This document shows, piece after piece, positions 60,499 through 64,000 of a DNA stretch of 64,000 nt; within the stretch, counting starts at the first letter, position 1; the number at the start of each line of letters is the position of its first letter. Made by a program: the position numbers and the translations under genes. The stretch spans positions 23,888 to 87,887 of the forward strand of contig PMTF01000020.1 in NCBI GenBank assembly GCA_003167415.1, in the 5' to 3' direction. The DNA is from Acidimicrobiaceae bacterium. GTDB lineage: Bacteria > Actinomycetota > Acidimicrobiia > Acidimicrobiales > RAAP-2. The notes below the pieces were generated by a model. The model saw only the letters and a list, made by a program, of their open reading frames with translations. It made no database searches and was not told the origin of the DNA.

Positions 60499-60888
60499 AT
60501 GCTCGGAGACAAGTCAGAACATTTTGAAGGTAAGGGCACCGACTTAAGTGCCCTGGAGTCGCACCTCGAGGAGTACTTGAAGTCCGACGGCTTCACCGTC
60601 CAGACCTCGCCACCGAGCGACCAGGGAACGGTGATTCAAGCCAAGAAGAGTGGCTTCCTCCGCGAAGTCGTTGCGGCCGAGCGAGCCTTCACGATTACCA
60701 TCACCGGCACTTCGAGTGACTTCACGGTGCGTTTCGGAATTGGCAAGTGGCTGCAAAATCTCGGTGTTGCCGCCATTGAAACGCTGCTTCTCTCCGACCT
60801 CTTCTTGGTCATCGACGTCGCCGATTCGATGTGGAGCCTCGAGGTGGAAGACAAGATCATCGCCGACCTGAAGAAGTTCGTCGGCTAA
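60499..60888 (+). CDS. 129-aa orphan protein
   Basis: ATG at 60499 follows a strong GAGGAGGG SD. The locus is visibly lower in G+C. The C-terminal half is hydrophobic ('LGVAAIETLLLSDLFLVIDV'). No family recognised. Confidence 0.55.
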   Translation: MLGDKSEHFEGKGTDLSALESHLEEYLKSDGFTVQTSPPSDQGTVIQAKKSGFLREVVAAERAFTITITGTSSDFTVRFGIGKWLQNLGVAAIETLLLSDLFLVIDVADSMWSLEVEDKIIADLKKFVG

Positions 60889-60934
60889 GCGTCGCGGTAT
60901 CCGCGGATTCCGCACCAGCGCTGCCGCTCTGGAA

Positions 60935-61162
60935 CTACTGCTCGTAGCGCTCCACCGTGTCGACGTCACGGACGTGAGCCTCATCAGGGTCGCGACCAAA
61001 CTCCCGCAACGCGCGTCGCTGACGAAGTAGGTCCCAGCACTGGTCGAGCGTCTCTTCGATGTGCGCGAGCCGTTTGACGTCATCCGGTCCTTCGTGTTCG
61101 CGCAGTACCCGCTCCTCGTCCACCAGGGTATTGATCCGTTGATAGATATCTTCGTCAACCAC
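60935..61162 (-). CDS. DUF2630 family small protein
   Basis: 75 aa with the 'I..L..EE..LR........L..IE..LDQCWDLLRQRRA' pattern typical of DUF2630. Confidence 0.72.
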   Translation of the reverse strand: MVDEDIYQRINTLVDEERVLREHEGPDDVKRLAHIEETLDQCWDLLRQRRALREFGRDPDEAHVRDVDTVERYEQ

Positions 61163-61236
61163 GTTGAGCCTTCCTCACTTTTACTGTTCACCACCGCCCG
61201 GAGTCGGAGTGCTTCACTACGAATGTAATAACTGAA

Positions 61237-62472
61237 TCAAATCGGCAATGCACCCGTCGCCGAGGAAGTGGTACCGCTGTCCTTATAGGCGGCAATGGTC
61301 CGTTCGGCGATCCTCATCTGGTGTATCTCGTCGGCGCCGTCGGCCAGTCGTGCCCAGCGCGCGTGCTGGAGCATGGACGCGAGGGGGGTATCCGTCGAGT
61401 AGCCGAGCGCGCCGTGCACCTGAATCGCCCGGTCGATGATCCGATTGAGACTGTTGGCGACGAAGTGCTTGGTCATCGAGACCTCGGTTCGAAAATCATC
61501 GCCCCGATCGATCTTGTAGGCCGTGTGCAACACCATGAGCTTGCACTGGTAGAGCTCCATCGCCGAATCGGCGATCATCCACTGGACGCCCTGCTTCTCC
61601 GCCAAAGTCGAACCGTGCGAGTAACGATGAATCGAACGATCGACCATCATGTCGAGGGCCGTCTCGGCCTGGGCGATCCATCGCATGCAGTGCGCCAGAC
61701 GGGCCGGGCCGAGTCGCGCCTGACCCAGACGATGGCCGTTGCCTCGGCCCCCGAGAATCTGTTCATCCTTCACTCGCAGGTCTTCGATGACGATCTCGCT
61801 GTGGCCGGTCGAGCCGTGCATCGTCTCCACCTCACGAACGTCGTTCCAGCCCTGAGAAGGGATGTCCACGATGAACGCCGTCGTCGCTCCCGAGGAGCCT
61901 TCTGGCACGTCGAGTTCGGTCCGGGCAATCAGGATCGCGAACTGCGAACGACGGGCATTGGAGATGAACCATTTGTGGCCGTTGATGATCCATTCGTCTC
62001 CGTCTTTTTCGGCGTGCGTTCGAATCAGCGTCGGATCGGATCCGGCGACCTCGGGCTCGGTCATGGCGAAGCACGACATCACCGTTCCATCGCAGAGAGG
62101 GCGCAGGTAACGCTCCTTCTGATCGTCGTTGCCCCAGTGCAAAAGCGTGTGCATATTGCCCTCGTCGGGCGCCATGCAGTTGAGAACCCACGGCCCGACG
62201 CGAGTCTTCCCGGCTTCGGCTTGCACCATCGCCAGCTCCACGTGACCGAGCCCCATCCCGCCCCACTCCTTGGGCATGTGCGGAAGCCACAGTCCGAGAG
62301 CTTTGGCCTGCTCGCGCAGTCCAATGATGGTGGCGAGATAGTCGCGACGAGAAAGCGCGTGTTCTTCATCCTCCGGCCGCGCCACCGCCGGAATAATGGT
62401 CCCCTGGACGAACTCGCGAACCCTCAGGCGGATCTCTTCGTGTTCGGGCGCGAGAGTGAAGTCAATGGCCAT
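61237..62472 (-). CDS. acyl-CoA dehydrogenase
   Basis: 'CFAMTEPEVAGSD' and 'GG.G' motifs plus the C-terminal 'IAERTI' helix-bundle pattern. ATG at 62472 ('MAIDFTL'). Confidence 0.9.
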   Translation of the reverse strand: MAIDFTLAPEHEEIRLRVREFVQGTIIPAVARPEDEEHALSRRDYLATIIGLREQAKALGLWLPHMPKEWGGMGLGHVELAMVQAEAGKTRVGPWVLNCMAPDEGNMHTLLHWGNDDQKERYLRPLCDGTVMSCFAMTEPEVAGSDPTLIRTHAEKDGDEWIINGHKWFISNARRSQFAILIARTELDVPEGSSGATTAFIVDIPSQGWNDVREVETMHGSTGHSEIVIEDLRVKDEQILGGRGNGHRLGQARLGPARLAHCMRWIAQAETALDMMVDRSIHRYSHGSTLAEKQGVQWMIADSAMELYQCKLMVLHTAYKIDRGDDFRTEVSMTKHFVANSLNRIIDRAIQVHGALGYSTDTPLASMLQHARWARLADGADEIHQMRIAERTIAAYKDSGTTSSATGALPI

Positions 62473-62596
62473 GGACGTCCTTTGCTTAGTCCGCGACGGC
62501 GGTGCAGATGACATTAGCGTCGCCCCGCCAACATTTCGAAGCCACAGGCACACGTTGACAGTGCGGTCTCAGTGGGTGCATTTGAATCTCGGTCGG

Positions 62597-63043
62597 TCAG
62601 TTCGACGCGCCATCGTTGGCGAAGAAGGGCTCGGGAACGCCGCTTTTCACGTAACGCGCGAGTCGATCGAGGATCATGGCCCACGATTGAGCGGAGTAAG
62701 CCAGTTCCGACTCGGTGTAACCGGACTCGAAGTCGTAGTGGCGGAACTGCACGCTCGTCTCGTTCGGCGACTCGGGATCGGAACTCAGCGCCCACTCCCA
62801 CGTTGATCCGATCCAATTCGTAAATCCGGAATCGACCTTCATTCTCACCAGCTCCTCGGCGACGAGCGAGATCGACACGATGAGATCGACCGGAGCCTCG
62901 GCAAAGCTGAATCGACCGTGATAATCATCGAGTTCGCAATCCGTCGTCCAAAAGGCCTTCTGTCCCTCCGTCGACCGCAAGACGTCGTAGACCTTAGAGC
63001 GACTCGCCGACACCGTTGTGGCGAGCGCAATCCTCATATCCAT
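62597..63043 (-). CDS. SRPBCC (AHSA1/START-like) family protein
   Basis: 148 aa with a beta-rich pattern and 'VYDVL....G...FWT'. ATG at 63043. Confidence 0.72.
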   Translation of the reverse strand: MDMRIALATTVSASRSKVYDVLRSTEGQKAFWTTDCELDDYHGRFSFAEAPVDLIVSISLVAEELVRMKVDSGFTNWIGSTWEWALSSDPESPNETSVQFRHYDFESGYTESELAYSAQSWAMILDRLARYVKSGVPEPFFANDGASN

Positions 63044-63177
63044 GTTCCCCCCATCGCAAATTTGCCCCACTGTACAACGAGTGTGTCTTCGCGGTTCCTT
63101 CCGCCGTCACCTCTCGCGAATTGACCTCTACGATGAAGACCAATCGTTGCTGAATCGACTGATGCGAGGACAAGACA

Positions 63178-63624
63178 ATGTCATTGAATGGTCAATACGA
63201 ACCGAGCCCATCCGACTGGGTGCGCGACCAAGTCGAGTTGTACGAGCGCACTGGTGGCGCCGAGGGCAACACCCTTCGAGATACCGGACTGCCCGTCGTG
63301 ATTGTGACAACGCGGGGAAACAAGAGCGGCATGATTCGGAAAACGCCGCTCATGCGGGTGGAACACGACGGCGCGTACGCGCTCGTCGCTTCCCAAGGTG
63401 GTGCTCCGAAAAATCCCGTCTGGTACTACAACCTGATCGCCGAACCGGAGTCGGTGATGATCCAAGACGGCCCCGAGCCCTTCGAGGTGTCCGTACGCGA
63501 AGTTGAAGGTGACGAACGCGCCGGGTGGTGGGATCGCGCCGTCGCGGCCTTCCCGCCCTACGCGCAGTACCAACTGAAGACCGAGCGCATCATTCCGGTG
63601 TTCGTGGCGACGAAGCGATCCTGA
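63178..63624 (+). CDS. deazaflavin (F420H2)-dependent nitroreductase-like protein (second DDN/DUF385 copy)
   Basis: 'VVIVTTRGNKSGMIRKTPLM...GGAPKNPVWYYNL' family pattern. Confidence 0.85.
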   Translation: MSLNGQYEPSPSDWVRDQVELYERTGGAEGNTLRDTGLPVVIVTTRGNKSGMIRKTPLMRVEHDGAYALVASQGGAPKNPVWYYNLIAEPESVMIQDGPEPFEVSVREVEGDERAGWWDRAVAAFPPYAQYQLKTERIIPVFVATKRS

Positions 63625-63731
63625 GTCGAATCCGAAGCGGTCCCGATGGTCTCGCGATTCATCAGGCTCTAGAGTTCTTGTGATTCGCGTGGTCCCACGC
63701 AGCACCCTTGATCGACGAAGGAGACACTGAA

Positions 63732-64000
63732 ATGGCCACCTGCCCGACCTGCGGTGCGGAAGAGGTTGCGGGCCAGCAGTTCTGCTCTTCCTGTGGCTCT
63801 CCCACGTCGAACGTGTACGCCAATCCAGCTCCCCTGCCGACCTTTCCTGCCGAGGCGCCATCAATAGTGGGGCGTGCCCTGGCCGGCTTCTGGATTCGAT
63901 TTCTGGGTTTCTTCATTGACGGACTTTTGCTCTACGTCGTCGTCCAGTTGCCCTTGCACGCCGAACACTCCGGTTTCGCCACCACCGTCGTCATCGTGAC
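63732..64000 (+). CDS. zinc-ribbon plus RDD-domain membrane protein (3' end outside the window)
   Basis: ATG at 63732 after a GAAGGAGA SD. 'CPTCG...CSSCG' zinc ribbon, then 'AGFWIRFLGFFIDGLLLYVV', an RDD-type TM start. Confidence 0.68.
   Translation, partial: MATCPTCGAEEVAGQQFCSSCGSPTSNVYANPAPLPTFPAEAPSIVGRALAGFWIRFLGFFIDGLLLYVVVQLPLHAEHSGFATTVVIV

Overview
High-G+C, very gene-dense chromosomal segment. Gene order (nadK-recN-pyrG-NUDIX-xerD and scpA-scpB-rluB-...-cmk) suggests Actinomycetota; this is an inference, not a search result. I support about 70 protein genes, one tRNA-Pro(GGG) and one clear pseudogene. I saw no rRNA, CRISPR array, transposase or phage genes.

Core region, about 1-43.6 kb:
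- transaldolase (partial), FO synthase fbiC, a LOG-family protein, an acyl-CoA ligase, glutamate synthase gltBD and thiO-thiS
- tRNA-Pro, then an acetate segment: an intact acs, an FAD oxidoreductase, a SIMPL protein, a decayed second acs and satP
- trpA/B/F/C with divergent trpD, a gamma-CA-like protein, der plus DUF512, ispH and a GT2 glycosyltransferase
- a tightly overlapped operon scpA-scpB-rluB-aroH-tyrA-aroA-cmk-plsC
- trpS, an M50 protease, xerD, NUDIX, pyrG, recN and nadK
- 23 of 27 genes between 20.3 and 43.6 kb are on the minus strand

Accessory-looking region, 43.7-64 kb:
- two convergent paralogous PAS-PAS-GGDEF-EAL genes bracketing a mini HNH protein, a 405-aa orphan and an F420-type LLM oxidoreductase
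- small redox and detoxification-type enzymes: two deazaflavin-dependent nitroreductase-like proteins, PPOX, two DinB/DUF664 proteins, SRPBCC, GNAT, an alpha/beta hydrolase and an acyl-CoA dehydrogenase
- an ABC-2 exporter and several orphan ORFs

Most unusual signals:
1. An A12 homopolymer at the 3' end of the 405-aa orphan gene. A -1 shift or a +1A change there fuses the gene to a 43-codon, high-GC3 downstream frame that is also ATGA-coupled to its stop.
2. The orphan cassette framed by the inverted c-di-GMP paralogs.
3. A bacterial-type acs remnant with in-frame stops directly downstream of satP, with an intact long-form acs 3 kb away.
4. A 0.55-kb non-coding gap upstream of acs containing a perfect 17-bp palindrome.

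I did not find a recognisable complete novel multi-gene system; the 44-51 kb cassette is the best candidate. All functional calls rest on motif and family recognition in the supplied translations. No database search or computation was run.
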